A stretch of DNA of 64,000 nt from Escherichia coli (GCF_044324785.1 NZ_CP172127.1), one strand, 5' to 3'; counted from the stretch's first letter, positions 42,976 to 54,632 are shown. The notes: a model not told the origin generated them from the letters alone. Translations and numbers: made by a program.

Positions 42976-44436
42976 TTACAGCGCAGCCACACACTCGCGC
43001 GCACCGCGTTCGCACAGCTGCTGATATGCCGCCGTCACTGCGCCAACAAAGTCAGCATTCTGCGGCAGATCATCGGCAAAGATACCACTCAGGCCCAGCA
43101 GCGCTTTCACGCGGTCTGCGCCCTGATACTGCGCGTTGATCTTCTGGAACTCCGCCAGCATCGGGTCAACCACGTCAATAGCATTACCCTGCTCATCCAC
43201 GCCCTGGGTGTAACGCATCCAGCCAGCCACGCCCAGCGCCAGATGACGCCAGCTACCGCCGTTTTGCAGGTGCAGACGCACCGGATCCAGCAGACGCTGC
43301 GGTAACTTCTGGCTGCCGTCCATCGCAATCTGCCAGGTACGGTGACGCAGAGACGGGTTGCTGAAACGCTCGATCAGCAGCGTCGCATAGGCGTTCAGGT
43401 CTGTACCTTCCGGCATCGACAACGTTGGCGCTTGTTCCTGCATCATCAGGGCAAAGGCCGCTTTGCGATAATCCGGATTAGTCATGGTGTCGGCAATAGT
43501 TTCATAGCCGCCGAGGTAACCGAGGTACGCCAGGAAAGAGTGGCTGCCGTTCAGCATACGCAGCTTCATCATTTCGAACGGCACAACGTCTGCAACAAAC
43601 TGTGCGCCCACTTTATCCCAGTCCGGGCGACCATTAACAAAGTTATCTTCAATCACCCACTGACGGAACGGTTCGCAGGCAATGGCGCACGGGTCGTAAA
43701 CACCCAGCTGGTCAGCAATTTCCTGTAAGGTTTCTGGCGTCGCCGCCGGAACGATGCGGTCAACCATGGTGCACGGGAAGGTGACGTTCTCTTCAATCCA
43801 TGCCGCCAGCTGTGGATCTCGCGCCTGAGCCAGCCCCAGAACCGCGACCTTCGCCACATGACCGTTTTCACGCACGTTGTCGCAGGACATCACCGTAAAC
43901 GCTTTCAACCCTTTTTCACGACGCAGACGCAAGGCTTCGACGATGTAACCAATCGCGGACTTCGGCGCAGTCGGATTTTCCAGATCGTGCTTGATCAGCG
44001 GGTTATTGAGATCCAGCTGACCGCTTGCCGCATCGGCGCAATAACCTTTCTCTGTGACCGTCAGGGAGACAATCGCCGTCTGCGGACGCGCCATCGCGTT
44101 GAGAATACCTTCACAACCGTCGATTTCCGGATGCAGGGCTTCTTTCATCGAACCGATAATTTTCAGCTCGGTGCTTTCTGCGCCTTTTTCCGCCACGGTG
44201 TACAGCAGTTGCTGTTTTTTCAGGTTTTCGATCAGCACGCGGTCGTTACCTGGCATCAGGTTAACTTCGCAGATACCCCAGTCGCTGTCGGTGCTTTCCA
44301 GCAGATGATGGGTATACAGCGCCTGGTGCGCGCGGTGAAACGCCCCGCAACCGAGATGCACAATGCGTGATTCCAGACGAGAATGATCCCATGACGGGCG
44401 GGCAACCGGCAGATTGCTGTCAACAATAGTAGTCAT
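42976..44436 (-). CDS. uxuB: D-mannonate oxidoreductase UxuB
   Basis: 486 aa; mannitol-dehydrogenase-family Rossmann N-terminus (IVHLGCGAFHRAHQA). Confidence 0.9.
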   Translation of the reverse strand: MTTIVDSNLPVARPSWDHSRLESRIVHLGCGAFHRAHQALYTHHLLESTDSDWGICEVNLMPGNDRVLIENLKKQQLLYTVAEKGAESTELKIIGSMKEALHPEIDGCEGILNAMARPQTAIVSLTVTEKGYCADAASGQLDLNNPLIKHDLENPTAPKSAIGYIVEALRLRREKGLKAFTVMSCDNVRENGHVAKVAVLGLAQARDPQLAAWIEENVTFPCTMVDRIVPAATPETLQEIADQLGVYDPCAIACEPFRQWVIEDNFVNGRPDWDKVGAQFVADVVPFEMMKLRMLNGSHSFLAYLGYLGGYETIADTMTNPDYRKAAFALMMQEQAPTLSMPEGTDLNAYATLLIERFSNPSLRHRTWQIAMDGSQKLPQRLLDPVRLHLQNGGSWRHLALGVAGWMRYTQGVDEQGNAIDVVDPMLAEFQKINAQYQGADRVKALLGLSGIFADDLPQNADFVGAVTAAYQQLCERGARECVAAL

Positions 44437-44516
44437 CGTAAACTCCAGAATCCGTCTTCAGAGAGTGACGGCAAGGAAGAAGGAACCGGCACGGCGCGCA
44501 GCCATGCCGGTGGATA

Positions 44517-45701
44517 TTAACGGCTAAAGAAAGCGCGCTGGATCGCCAGTTCGACACCGCGAACTTCGGCCAGGCCTTTCAGACGACCAATTGCGGAGTA
44601 ACCAGGATTGGTTTTCTTCTTCAGGTCGTCCAGCATCTGATGACCGTGGTCCGGACGCATCGGGATCAGGTCTTCTTTGCCTTCCGCTTTACGACGGTGT
44701 TCTTCTTCCACAATCGCTTTCACCACTTCGTACATATCAACGTCACCGTTCAGGTGCGCCGCTTCGTGGAAGGTTTTCGGGTTATCTTCACGCATGGTGG
44801 AGCGCAGATGGGTGAAGTAAATACGCGGACCGAACTGCTTGATCATATCAACCAGATCGTTGTCAGCACGCACGCCGTAGGAACCGGTGCACATGGTGAA
44901 ACCGTTCGCCATGCTGTTTACGGTATCAACCATCCACTGCATATCTTCAATGGTGGAAACAATGCGCGGCAGGCCGAGGATCGGGCGCGGCGGATCGTCC
45001 GGGTGAACAGCCATACGCACGCCAACTTCTTCGGCAACCGGAATAATGGCTTTCAGGAAGACAGCAAAGTTTTCGCGCAGTTTGGCTTTGTCGATATCTT
45101 TGTACAGCTCCAGGTGCTTACGGAACTGGTCGAGGGTGTAGCCTTCTTCCGCGCCCGGCAGACCGGCAATGATGTTACGGGTCAGACGCGCTTTGTCTTC
45201 GTCGCTCATTGTGGCGAAGCGAACAGCTGCCTGAGCAATTTCTTCTTCGGTGTAATCCGCTTCCGCGCCTGGACGCTTCAGGATATGCATTTCGAATGCA
45301 GCGAATTCGATCTGGTCGAAGCGCAGAGCTTTGGAGCCGTCTGGCAGCACGTATTCGAGGTCAGTACGGGTCCAGTCGAGCACCGGCATGAAGTTGTAGC
45401 ACACGGTGCGAATGCCACACTGCGCCAGGTTGCGCAGAGTCTGCTGATAGTTAGCGATCCACTGCTCGTAGTTGCCAGTGTGGGTTTTGATATCTTCGTG
45501 AATTGGCACGCTTTCTACGACAGACCACACCAGGCCTGCGTCTTCAACGATCGCCTTGCGTTTGAGGATCTCTTCTACGGACCATACTTCGCCGTTCGGG
45601 ATATGGTGCAGCGCGGTAACCACGCCAGTTGCGCCCGCCTGACGGACATCAGCTAAAGAAACCGGATCGTTTGGGCCGTACCAGCGCCAGGTCTGTTCCA
45701 T
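44517..45701 (-). CDS. uxuA: Mannonate dehydratase UxuA
   Basis: 394 aa from ATG 45701 ([35 protein letters not shown]...); the 12-codon upstream extension in the ORF track is discounted. Confidence 0.9.
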
Positions 45702-45863
45702 GATTTTTCCTCTTTCACATAGTGGGTTCCACAGCAAAGAGACGCGGAACCCCGGAGTTGTTTAGGTATCCGGATGAACAACCAGACCGCAGCCGTGGCG
45801 TTGCATCGGATGAGATGGCGTATAAGTTCTACCTTTTGGTAAGACATGTCAACCCGAAATCTA

Positions 45864-45880
45864 AAATTGGTTAACCACAT
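45864..45880. promoter_or_regulatory. Candidate UxuR/ExuR operator in the uxuA-gntP divergent control region
   Basis: Palindrome AAATTGGTTAACCACAT with perfect core TGGTTAACCA; fits the GGT...ACC palindromic architecture of FadR-subfamily GntR operators. Confidence 0.4.
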
Positions 45881-46040
45881 CACAAGAATTTCACTCTCAC
45901 GGTTGTTGCTGCAAATTGCAGCAAAGGGTAATCGATGGTTATTGATCAGAGGATGTGACATTCATCGCAACAATGGTTGACCAATTTACATAACATGTCG
46001 CCCAAAATAACAACGGTTCAACCAGGTAAGGTAAAACGTT

Positions 46041-47384
46041 ATGCATGTGCTTAACATTCTCTGGGTGGTATTCGGCATTGGTCTGATGCTGGTACTGAAT
46101 TTGAAGTTCAAAATCAATTCAATGGTGGCTTTGTTGGTGGCGGCGCTGTCCGTCGGGATGCTGGCGGGCATGGATTTGATGTCGCTGCTGCACACCATGA
46201 AAGCGGGCTTCGGCAACACGCTGGGGGAACTGGCTATCATCGTGGTGTTCGGTGCGGTCATCGGTAAATTGATGGTCGACTCCGGCGCGGCTCACCAGAT
46301 AGCGCATACGCTGCTGGCACGTCTCGGTCTGCGTTATGTACAGCTGTCGGTGATTATCATCGGCCTGATTTTCGGTCTGGCGATGTTCTATGAAGTGGCC
46401 TTTATCATGTTAGCGCCGCTGGTTATTGTCATTGCCGCCGAAGCTAAAATTCCGTTCCTGAAACTGGCGATCCCGGCAGTAGCAGCTGCCACTACCGCAC
46501 ATTCACTGTTCCCACCGCAGCCGGGTCCGGTGGCGCTGGTGAATGCTTATGGCGCGGATATGGGGATGGTTTATATCTATGGCGTCCTGGTGACGATCCC
46601 AAGTGTCATCTGCGCAGGTCTGATCCTGCCGAAGTTCCTCGGCAATCTTGAGCGCCCAACGCCATCTTTCCTGAAAGCAGATCAACCGGTAGACATGAAT
46701 AATCTGCCCTCTTTCGGCGTTTCGATTCTGGTGCCGCTGATCCCAGCGATCATTATGATCTCCACCACCATCGCCAATATCTGGCTGGTAAAAGATACCC
46801 CTGCGTGGGAAGTGGTTAACTTTATCGGTTCCTCGCCGATTGCAATGTTTATTGCGATGGTGGTTGCATTCGTACTCTTCGGCACCGCGCGCGGGCACGA
46901 TATGCAGTGGGTAATGAACGCTTTTGAAAGCGCGGTGAAAAGCATTGCAATGGTGATTCTGATCATCGGTGCGGGTGGCGTGCTGAAGCAGACCATCATC
47001 GACACCGGCATTGGTGACACCATCGGCATGTTGATGTCCCACGGCAATATCTCGCCCTACATTATGGCATGGCTGATCACTGTGCTAATTCGTCTGGCGA
47101 CGGGTCAGGGTGTCGTTTCGGCGATGACCGCCGCCGGGATTATCAGTGCTGCAATCCTTGATCCAGCAACTGGTCAGCTGATTGGCGTGAATCCGGCGCT
47201 GCTGGTGCTGGCGACGGCTGCGGGTTCCAACACCCTCACCCACATTAATGATGCCTCATTCTGGCTGTTCAAAGGTTACTTTGACCTGTCAGTAAAAGAC
47301 ACGTTGAAAACCTGGGGTCTGCTGGAGCTGGTCAACTCCGTGGTTGGGCTTATTATTGTGCTGATTATTAGCGTGGTAGCGTAA
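46041..47384 (+). CDS. gntP: GntP-family permease (fructuronate/gluconate transporter)
   Basis: 447-aa polytopic membrane protein [46 protein letters not shown]... Confidence 0.9.
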   Translation: MHVLNILWVVFGIGLMLVLNLKFKINSMVALLVAALSVGMLAGMDLMSLLHTMKAGFGNTLGELAIIVVFGAVIGKLMVDSGAAHQIAHTLLARLGLRYVQLSVIIIGLIFGLAMFYEVAFIMLAPLVIVIAAEAKIPFLKLAIPAVAAATTAHSLFPPQPGPVALVNAYGADMGMVYIYGVLVTIPSVICAGLILPKFLGNLERPTPSFLKADQPVDMNNLPSFGVSILVPLIPAIIMISTTIANIWLVKDTPAWEVVNFIGSSPIAMFIAMVVAFVLFGTARGHDMQWVMNAFESAVKSIAMVILIIGAGGVLKQTIIDTGIGDTIGMLMSHGNISPYIMAWLITVLIRLATGQGVVSAMTAAGIISAAILDPATGQLIGVNPALLVLATAAGSNTLTHINDASFWLFKGYFDLSVKDTLKTWGLLELVNSVVGLIIVLIISVVA

Positions 47385-47448
47385 AAGAATACCAGAGCCT
47401 GCCATTGGCAGGCTCTGTTCGGATTGTCGGCAAAGTGCGCTTTGTTTA

Positions 47449-47485
47449 TGCCAGATGCGACGCTGACGCGTCTTATCTGGCCTAC
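47449..47485. repeat. REP element downstream of gntP
   Basis: TGCCAGATGCGACGCTGACGCGTCTTATCTGGCCTAC; a GC hairpin (47394-47416) sits just upstream. Confidence 0.55.
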
Positions 47486-47556
47486 AAAGGGCTAACGTGC
47501 AGGTTTTAGCTTCAGGCAATATTGCGTACCTGCATTAGCAATGTCCTGTGATTTCT

Positions 47557-48459
47557 TTATTGATAAACAAAAGTCACGCCAATAATCGATTGCACATTCC
47601 CTGCAGTCACCTGCCCTCCGGTACGTGCGTAATTTGCCGTTAATCCCAGACTTACCGCCGAAGTCCCTACTGCTCCTAACGATACCGTGTTATTCGCTGG
47701 AATAATCGTACCGTTGCGCGTCAACTGTACGCCGACGCCCTGTGCTGGTGAAAACGACGCGGTATTGGTGAAAATCGAGTTGCCCGCATCTGCGGTTGTG
47801 CCGGAGAGGTAATACCCCAGGTTTTGGCTTTTCGCACAATAAACGGTAAGAGGAATTGGCACTGAACCAGGGTAGTCCGGCAGAGTAACGGTGACATCAC
47901 GAGCAGAAACATCACAGCCGCCAGTAGGCACCACCACATCATTATTGGCGTAAATATTCCACACAAACTGGAAATCATCGCTGTTATAGTTGTTGGTCTG
48001 TCGCAAAATTAGCACGGCAATTAATGAGCCAGCTTTAATCGCCACCCCGCCCGCACTGCTCACAGGCGTCAAATAAAGCGCCACCGGCCACGGCTTATCC
48101 GTTCTCGAATTATAAACAACGCGCGGCGTTTCGCTGGTGGTAGGAAATGGATAGCTACTGCCACTATATTTTACGGTCCCGGAAAAATTAGATAACACGC
48201 CGCCATAAGCCGAGCCTCGTTGCAGTGTGACATAGTCTGTAATGGTTTCCGGATAATCGTTATGGCAAAAGATTTGCGTCGAAAGATCTACGACCAGGTT
48301 TTGCCCCACATTCACGGCGGGCGCAAGGTTTACATAAACATTGGCGCTGCCACCGCCAATAGGGATAGCGGTACCATTGGCGGTTTTACAGGCGAATGAC
48401 CAGGCATTTACCGACCAGCCCATCAGCAGTACAGCAAACAGGGTAATAACTCGTTTCAT
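47557..48459 (-). CDS. fimH: Type 1 fimbrial tip adhesin FimH (mannose-binding)
   Basis: 300 aa MKRVITLFAVLLMGWSVNAWSFACKTANGTAIPIGGG...; lectin and pilin domains; last gene of the fim operon. Confidence 0.9.
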   Translation of the reverse strand: MKRVITLFAVLLMGWSVNAWSFACKTANGTAIPIGGGSANVYVNLAPAVNVGQNLVVDLSTQIFCHNDYPETITDYVTLQRGSAYGGVLSNFSGTVKYSGSSYPFPTTSETPRVVYNSRTDKPWPVALYLTPVSSAGGVAIKAGSLIAVLILRQTNNYNSDDFQFVWNIYANNDVVVPTGGCDVSARDVTVTLPDYPGSVPIPLTVYCAKSQNLGYYLSGTTADAGNSIFTNTASFSPAQGVGVQLTRNGTIIPANNTVSLGAVGTSAVSLGLTANYARTGGQVTAGNVQSIIGVTFVYQ

Positions 48460-48478
48460 TACAATCATCTCTTCGGGT

Positions 48479-48982
48479 TCAGCTGTAGGTATAGGTGATG
48501 CTAATCACTGCCTGAATGGTTCCCTGAGTGGCTCCGCCATTTACCGTCAATGCTCTGACCTGTAACGGGAAGTGCGCTGATTGTGAGGAATCATCCACCT
48601 GAACTGTTTTGGTTGCGCCAGTATTCAATGTGTTGCCACTGTCATCCTGTAGCTCTAACTGGATGTTTTGCGCGGTCCCCTGGTTTTTATAATATCCGGT
48701 ACTGTCGGCTGCCCCGCTGAAGCTGGCAGTGACCCTCGACGTTCCCACCGGACAATTAGTCAACTCAAGCGCAACATCATGCCAGGCCGATGCCGCCCCG
48801 GCAGACATAAGACTGAAAGAATAAAGATCGCCGAGATCTACCGTGGCATTGGTGGTGGAAACCGTGCACGGTTTGGCGACGACCTTACCGTTCACCGTGA
48901 TGGTGACATCGGCTGCCTGTATCGTCGCACTTGCGAGCGCCAACATTGCCGCCAATAAATACCCACGTTTGCACCATTTCAT
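48479..48982 (-). CDS. fimG: Type 1 fimbrial minor subunit FimG
   Basis: 167 aa MKWCKRGYLLAAMLALASATIQA... Confidence 0.9.
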   Translation of the reverse strand: MKWCKRGYLLAAMLALASATIQAADVTITVNGKVVAKPCTVSTTNATVDLGDLYSFSLMSAGAASAWHDVALELTNCPVGTSRVTASFSGAADSTGYYKNQGTAQNIQLELQDDSGNTLNTGATKTVQVDDSSQSAHFPLQVRALTVNGGATQGTIQAVISITYTYS

Positions 48983-48994
48983 GAGCATCTCCAG

Positions 48995-49525
48995 TTACTG
49001 ATATTCAAGAGTGAAGGTAGCCGTGGCATTGATATGCCCCGCAGTGACAGGCACCTGTGTCGCCATTAGCCGGGCGTAAAAATTCAGCGTATTTGGTTTA
49101 CCCGGCGTCAGGGTCGTCCACGAAATCGCGGACGATGGAGCATTAAGGGGTATTTGATTTTGCTGCTCATTCAGAAGCTGTATTCCCAGTCCCGCAGCCG
49201 CTGACACCGTATTTTCAAGTGCAAGCAGGTTGGCATTGTGGCTATCTGCAACGCCAGTAAACCCAACCTTTACGGCAGAAACGGCGTTACCACAGGGTGA
49301 CAGCAAAATACGAAATGGAACGACAGGAGTCGTCGCGCCAATGTTGTTAAATTGCTTCGCCGCGTTTTCCATCAGATCAACAGTAAAATTGGTTGATTCA
49401 GCGGCCACACTACAGCCGTTATCTCTGACATAGCCGCGGATAGTAATCGTGCTATCCGCAGCCAAAGCGCGACTCACCGCCAGCCACAAAAAAGCGCACA
49501 GAAGATAAAAAGGTTTGTTTCTCAT
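48995..49525 (-). CDS. fimF: Type 1 fimbrial minor subunit FimF
   Basis: 176 aa [18 protein letters not shown]... Confidence 0.9.
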   Translation of the reverse strand: MRNKPFYLLCAFLWLAVSRALAADSTITIRGYVRDNGCSVAAESTNFTVDLMENAAKQFNNIGATTPVVPFRILLSPCGNAVSAVKVGFTGVADSHNANLLALENTVSAAAGLGIQLLNEQQNQIPLNAPSSAISWTTLTPGKPNTLNFYARLMATQVPVTAGHINATATFTLEYQ

Positions 49526-49534
49526 CACGCCCCC

Positions 49535-52171
49535 TTAACGACATTCAGCTGATAGCTGGGTTAATAACTGCTGCTGACTCTCTGGTGGCAGTTGATAATT
49601 GGCGACACAGTGAGCATTTTCCTCTTCTCCCCATTTCACCTGAACTTTTCCCGCTAAAGGCATTCCGCTGAGGTAAACCTGACCATTATCCGCAACAATG
49701 CCGCTACTCTGGCTACTCTCTGATGTCACCATCGCCCCAAACGGCAGCGGCTTATTATTGTGGGTTAGCGTCATGAGCAGTTTTATCCCAACGCGCGCTT
49801 TAAACTCTGCTCGCACTATCGCCCCACGAGTGGGAACAACGTTAGCGACCGCGTTATCTAAATCGACGTTATCAGCCAGGGTATTGGTATCCAGCGCCAC
49901 TCTGTTTTCCCGATATTCAGTGGCATAAGGCAGCACGGCATAACCGCGCCAGTCGGTACGCACCCCCGTCTGGTTTTCGACTTTTGCATCTTTTGCGCCA
50001 GGCGCTTTAACAAGCACCACCGTATCGTTTAACGGCTGCCCCAGCGTTACGCCATTGGCATGAGCCAGTACCCCACCGCTGACTCCGTAATAGAGCTGCT
50101 TAATATCATCACTATGGCTGTAACCGATATTGGCATTGCCGTAACCACCGCGATAATTCAGCGTGGCGTAGCCTGTGCTTCCGCTATTACCATCGCCTCC
50201 CCCGGCATAACCGGTTTGCACGCTATAGCTGAGGTTGTTGTCTTCCAGCAACGTACCGTATACGCCAGCCAGATTGGTCATCCGACCGTTGAGATCGTGT
50301 GACATGCTGTAGCTGGCACTGGCATGTCGCCACTGAGATTTACTGTCAGAACGCAGCCAGTGGCTGAAAGGAATATTGACGTTAAGCGCTAACATCTGAT
50401 CCCGTCCTTTTTGCCAGGCGTTTTTCGTCAGGCTATAGCTGAGCGTCCAGTTGATATCTTCGAACGCAGTATTTAATCCAGCCTGGAATTGCTCATCGAC
50501 ATTACTCGTTCCCCAATAAGTTTGATGGCTACCACTCAAATACAGTGTTGATGAGCGCCCGAGTTGCTGAGTAACGGTGAGCTGTAATTTCCCGCGTTTG
50601 TTATAAGCGAGATTGTAATAGTCGGTGAATTTCGGCTTAACCTGAATAACTCCGTCCTGTGTTTCGATGTTGTAGCCATTCATTCGACTGTATGTTGTAT
50701 CAGCGAAATTAAAATATCCGCTGGTCGAATAACGGTAACCCACTAACTGAATATTCGTGCCTGATTCATTGAGCGATTTGTTATAGAGAAAACGCACCGA
50801 TTGTCCGTCATGCTGACTGTCATCGGGAAGTGTGGAATTAGCCTGCGTCATATCCACAGACAGAGCGCCCAGTGCCCCCATGTTTTTCCCGATGCCGAAA
50901 TTAAAAGCACGATAACGATCCGCCAGTTGCGTTCCACCATATATTGTCCAGCCAGCCGGAAGGCCGTGGAGTAATGTACTCTGGAAAAAGCGGGGTTTTT
51001 CCTGTTGCGCATTTCCACTACGGTATTCTCCTGCCGTAATGGAATAACGAGTATGCCCTTCACGTTGCAAAAGCGGGACTGACGAATAGGGTACGGTAAA
51101 AATCTGCGTGCTGCCGTCAGCCTCTTTGATCGTTACCTGCAAGTCACCACTATTACCTGCGGCATAGATATCGTGGATGGTAAAAGGCCCCGGTGGCACC
51201 GTACTATTATAAATGTCATACCCATTTTGTTTAATAGTGACCTGTGCAGTACCACGAGCAATACCGTGGATCACCGGGGCAAATCCTCTTTGGCTATCGG
51301 GTAACATATTGTCATCTGAGGCCAATTGTGCGCCGCGAAAGTTAATACCATCGAAAATATCGCCCTGAGTATAACCATCACCCAGCGTCAGCCGGGAACG
51401 TAACGGAATTATGTCTCGCTCAAGCCAGGTATTGATATGCTGCCATTTATTTTTGCTACCTGATGAACTGTCGCTACTGTTATAACTCCAGGTGGTATTG
51501 TCGCGTAAACGCCACGCACCAATATTTAGCCCACTCTGTAGGTTTAAATATGCATAATGGCTGTTACTACCAATCCGATTCTGTACACTATTTCCGCTGA
51601 AATTATAATTGAGCAAGCCGGCATTAATACCGGGATCCCACAACTCAGGAGGAATATATCCACGCGCGCGATTACTCATAAATGCCTGAGGGATCGTCAG
51701 GTTGAGTCGCTGCTGACCAACATCTAAATGCGCAGTAGCGTCATGGATCATTGAGGTTAATGGCACGCAGGCATCATCCGCCAGCAGATTCATACCGGAG
51801 ACAGAAGCCGTATTCAGCCCCATACTGGCAAGTTGCGCGCGTGTCAGGCAGGGAACAATCCCTTGTTCACTGTCGCCCGTGTTAAATGTGACATCACGCG
51901 TTGCCATATAACCATTATTCAAATAGATATCGACACGATACGTCCCTGGCGGTAATTCTTGCCCATTTTCAAAACGCGATAAATCGGCCACAGCCTGGGG
52001 ATCATCCGCTAAAAAACGCGGGTTAAAATAGAGTTCGGCAGATGACAAAGGTGCCTGTGCGGCAAAAGCACAGGCGACAACGAGCCGGACAAAAAAACCA
52101 GCCAAACGATGCTTACGAATATGCAAGCATTGTGTGTTTCGCTGGTAAAGTCTTAAATTCAGATATGACAT
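49535..52171 (-). CDS. fimD: Type 1 fimbrial outer-membrane usher FimD
   Basis: 878-aa usher MSYLNLRLYQRNTQCLHIRKHRLAGFFVRLVVACAFAAQA... Confidence 0.9.
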   Translation of the reverse strand: MSYLNLRLYQRNTQCLHIRKHRLAGFFVRLVVACAFAAQAPLSSAELYFNPRFLADDPQAVADLSRFENGQELPPGTYRVDIYLNNGYMATRDVTFNTGDSEQGIVPCLTRAQLASMGLNTASVSGMNLLADDACVPLTSMIHDATAHLDVGQQRLNLTIPQAFMSNRARGYIPPELWDPGINAGLLNYNFSGNSVQNRIGSNSHYAYLNLQSGLNIGAWRLRDNTTWSYNSSDSSSGSKNKWQHINTWLERDIIPLRSRLTLGDGYTQGDIFDGINFRGAQLASDDNMLPDSQRGFAPVIHGIARGTAQVTIKQNGYDIYNSTVPPGPFTIHDIYAAGNSGDLQVTIKEADGSTQIFTVPYSSVPLLQREGHTRYSITAGEYRSGNAQQEKPRFFQSTLLHGLPAGWTIYGGTQLADRYRAFNFGIGKNMGALGALSVDMTQANSTLPDDSQHDGQSVRFLYNKSLNESGTNIQLVGYRYSTSGYFNFADTTYSRMNGYNIETQDGVIQVKPKFTDYYNLAYNKRGKLQLTVTQQLGRSSTLYLSGSHQTYWGTSNVDEQFQAGLNTAFEDINWTLSYSLTKNAWQKGRDQMLALNVNIPFSHWLRSDSKSQWRHASASYSMSHDLNGRMTNLAGVYGTLLEDNNLSYSVQTGYAGGGDGNSGSTGYATLNYRGGYGNANIGYSHSDDIKQLYYGVSGGVLAHANGVTLGQPLNDTVVLVKAPGAKDAKVENQTGVRTDWRGYAVLPYATEYRENRVALDTNTLADNVDLDNAVANVVPTRGAIVRAEFKARVGIKLLMTLTHNNKPLPFGAMVTSESSQSSGIVADNGQVYLSGMPLAGKVQVKWGEEENAHCVANYQLPPESQQQLLTQLSAECR

Positions 52172-52237
52172 TATTCCTCCGGTTTAAAATCACCCGGCAG
52201 TCAATTCTTTTTATTCAGGCGAAAAATTCCCCCTGCG

Positions 52238-52963
52238 TTATTCCATTACGCCCGTCATTTTGGGGGTAAGTGCGCCATAATCATTTATTGTTCGGTAAGT
52301 AATATTGCTTCCTGCATCAGAAGGCAATTTAACCGTGCTTTCGCCCATTGGAGGCACCAATGCATTTTCAAGAACCCGGGTTCCGGCATTCAACTCTGTT
52401 ACCGTCAGGTAATAGGGTGTCGGGTTAATCAGCGTCAGAGAATTCGCGCTACGACGAAATCTTAATTTTTCTGCGGCCTGATCGGGTGGCAACGCTAATT
52501 TAGCCGGGCGATAGTACAGTTTAATGCGGCTGATAATTGCGAGCTGTAGCGTATTCTCAGTCAATTTTGATTTATCCATTGACGGAATCGCTTTAACGTT
52601 CATCCAGAATAAACTTTCCCGATCCTGTGGCAATTGGTTATTTGTTGCATCAAGAATACGTAAGGTATTCTCTTTTTTTCCCTTCATCGCAAACAGAGGT
52701 GGCGTCACGATAAAACGACCATCCTTTACACCATCGGCATTTTCCACCCATGATTGAATTAAATAGGTGCTATTTTCATCATTATTTGTCACGGCAAGTT
52801 GCACTTGTTTTTGCCCTGCCGGATAAATTACGCGGGTCGCACCTAAGGCCACTCCCGCTTCAGCGCGTCCGGCAACCATCATTGCCATGAACATCAGGAT
52901 ACCTGCCAGCAAGCAGAATGTTATTTCCTGCGATTTCCTTACATTGACGTTTTTATTACTCAC
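52238..52963 (-). CDS. fimC: Type 1 fimbrial periplasmic chaperone FimC
   Basis: 241 aa PapD-like chaperone. Confidence 0.9.
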   Translation of the reverse strand: MSNKNVNVRKSQEITFCLLAGILMFMAMMVAGRAEAGVALGATRVIYPAGQKQVQLAVTNNDENSTYLIQSWVENADGVKDGRFIVTPPLFAMKGKKENTLRILDATNNQLPQDRESLFWMNVKAIPSMDKSKLTENTLQLAIISRIKLYYRPAKLALPPDQAAEKLRFRRSANSLTLINPTPYYLTVTELNAGTRVLENALVPPMGESTVKLPSDAGSNITYRTINDYGALTPKMTGVME

Positions 52964-52999
52964 TGTCCTGTTCCTGTTATCACATTATCTGCTGAACAA

Positions 53000-53539
53000 T
53001 TACTGATAGGTTAAAGAGAACCAAGCCTGGGCATTGGCGATGCCGCCAGTAACCCGACGCCCGGTAGCACGATATTTGGCGATGAAATGTAGCGAAGTAG
53101 AGCCTGAGTAAAGCCGTTTCCAGTTTGCTGGAGTACGATTAATCGGTACGAGGTTTCCTTCATCATCAAATAACGCTACGCCAATGTTTGTGGCTATCCC
53201 TGGCCCCTCTCCCACGGAAAGCACATCCGGATTTTTACCATCCGCGACACCGTGAAACGCCACACCCACACGTTCACTCACCACCGTGCTACATTCCCGT
53301 AAATGAATAACAAAAGGCACCGGTGCGCTATCTTCCCCTACCGCATGAAACCGGTTACTGCTGATTTGCCCCATATTGACCGTCATTTGTTTATCACCAG
53401 CTTCAACTCGGCAAGTTTCCGCAATAATGACGCCCTGAAATTGCATATTTCCGCCGGGCAGCGTGGTATTCCATTTATTTCCGGCCAGAGCAAACATTGG
53501 CAGCAACGACGCTAATAGAAATAATCTCTTCCTTTTCAT
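53000..53539 (-). CDS. fimI: Type 1 fimbrial protein FimI
   Basis: 179 aa from ATG 53539 ([20 protein letters not shown]...); the longer ORF-track start is discounted. Confidence 0.85.
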   Translation of the reverse strand: MKRKRLFLLASLLPMFALAGNKWNTTLPGGNMQFQGVIIAETCRVEAGDKQMTVNMGQISSNRFHAVGEDSAPVPFVIHLRECSTVVSERVGVAFHGVADGKNPDVLSVGEGPGIATNIGVALFDDEGNLVPINRTPANWKRLYSGSTSLHFIAKYRATGRRVTGGIANAQAWFSLTYQ

Positions 53540-53603
53540 CGTTATTTTTATCGCACAAGGGTGGGCATCCCTGCCCGTAATGACGTCCCTGAACCTGGGT
53601 AGG

Positions 53604-54152
53604 TTATTGATACTGAACCTTGAAGGTCGCATCCGCATTAGCAGCACCTGGGGTTGCGGCACCGGTTGCAAAATAACGCGCCTGGAACGGAATGGTGTTG
53701 GTTCCGTTATTCAGGGTTGTTTCTGAACTAAATGTCGCACCGTCCAGCGCCAGCGCAGCACCCGTTCTGTCCAGGATCTGCACACCAACGTTTGTTGCGC
53801 TACCAGCAGCTGAACTCTGCAGAGCCAGAACGTTGGTATGAGCCGCATCAATCGCCGTACCTAAAAAGGCAACAGCGGCTTTAGATGCAACATTGGTATC
53901 GCAATCATTCAGCTGAATGTTAAAACCGACAGCAGAACTGGTCGCTCCTTCCTGTGCCAGCGATGCGGTACGAACCTGTCCTAACTGAACGGTTTGATCA
54001 ACAGAGCCTGCATCAACCGCGCAAGCGGCGTTAACAACTTCCCCTTTAAAGTGAACGGTCCCACCATTAACCGTCGTGGCAGCGGCCAGAGCCGCTGTAG
54101 AACTGAGGGACAGAGCCGACAGAACAACGATTGCCAGAGTTTTAATTTTCAT
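53604..54152 (-). CDS. fimA: Type 1 fimbrial major subunit FimA
   Basis: 182 aa from ATG 54152 ([31 protein letters not shown]...). Confidence 0.9.
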   Translation of the reverse strand: MKIKTLAIVVLSALSLSSTAALAAATTVNGGTVHFKGEVVNAACAVDAGSVDQTVQLGQVRTASLAQEGATSSAVGFNIQLNDCDTNVASKAAVAFLGTAIDAAHTNVLALQSSAAGSATNVGVQILDRTGAALALDGATFSSETTLNNGTNTIPFQARYFATGAATPGAANADATFKVQYQ

Positions 54153-54271
54153 GCTGCTTTCCTTTAAAAAAACTATTTCTAAATCGACATGGGCAGTCGT
54201 TCTGTACACTTTGTTTTGTCAACGAGTTTGACTGCCAACACTGCACAGTTTTCCCCCAAAAGATGAAACAT

Positions 54272-54585
54272 TTGGGGCCATTTTGACTCATAGAGGAAAG
54301 CATCGCGCACAAACTTTTTCAGTTTATTTGTTGGCTTAATATTCTATTGTTATCTTTATTTATAGATTTTTATATTGCATGAGGTGGTTTTTGGAGAGAA
54401 GAATGAGGAAGATGCGTCGAGCCACAGAAACGTTAGCTTTACATTTGGCGGAGGTGATGTGAAATTAATTTACAAGAGAAATAATTTACATATCAAACAG
54501 TTAGATGCTTTTTATCGTTTTTTAATATTTTTATGCTTGAGAAAAAATACGTAACTTATTTATGATATGGACAGTTTGGCCCCAA
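54272..54585. promoter_or_regulatory. fimS: fimS invertible switch (314 bp) carrying the fimA promoter; appears to be in the phase-OFF orientation in this sequence
   Basis: 9-bp inverted repeats TTGGGGCCA (54272-54280) and TGGCCCCAA (54577-54585), exactly 314 bp apart, between fimA and fimE. Best sigma-70-like element inside (TTGAGA 54537-54542, N18, TATGAT 54561-54566) is on the plus strand pointing toward fimE, away from fimA; single HinfI site GACTC at 54285 sits at the fimA-proximal end. Confidence 0.8.
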
Positions 54586-54632
54586 TTGTCTTGTATTTAT
54601 TTGTTTTTTAACTTTATTATCAATAAGTTAAA

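Noticed and set aside
43858-45656. Plus-strand ORFs of 170 and 338 aa (43858-44370, 44640-45656)
   Set aside because: Antisense to uxuB and uxuA respectively, both of which are confidently identified on the minus strand.
46503-47047. Minus-strand ORFs of 179 and 121 aa
   Set aside because: Antisense to gntP; His/Arg-rich artefactual translations.
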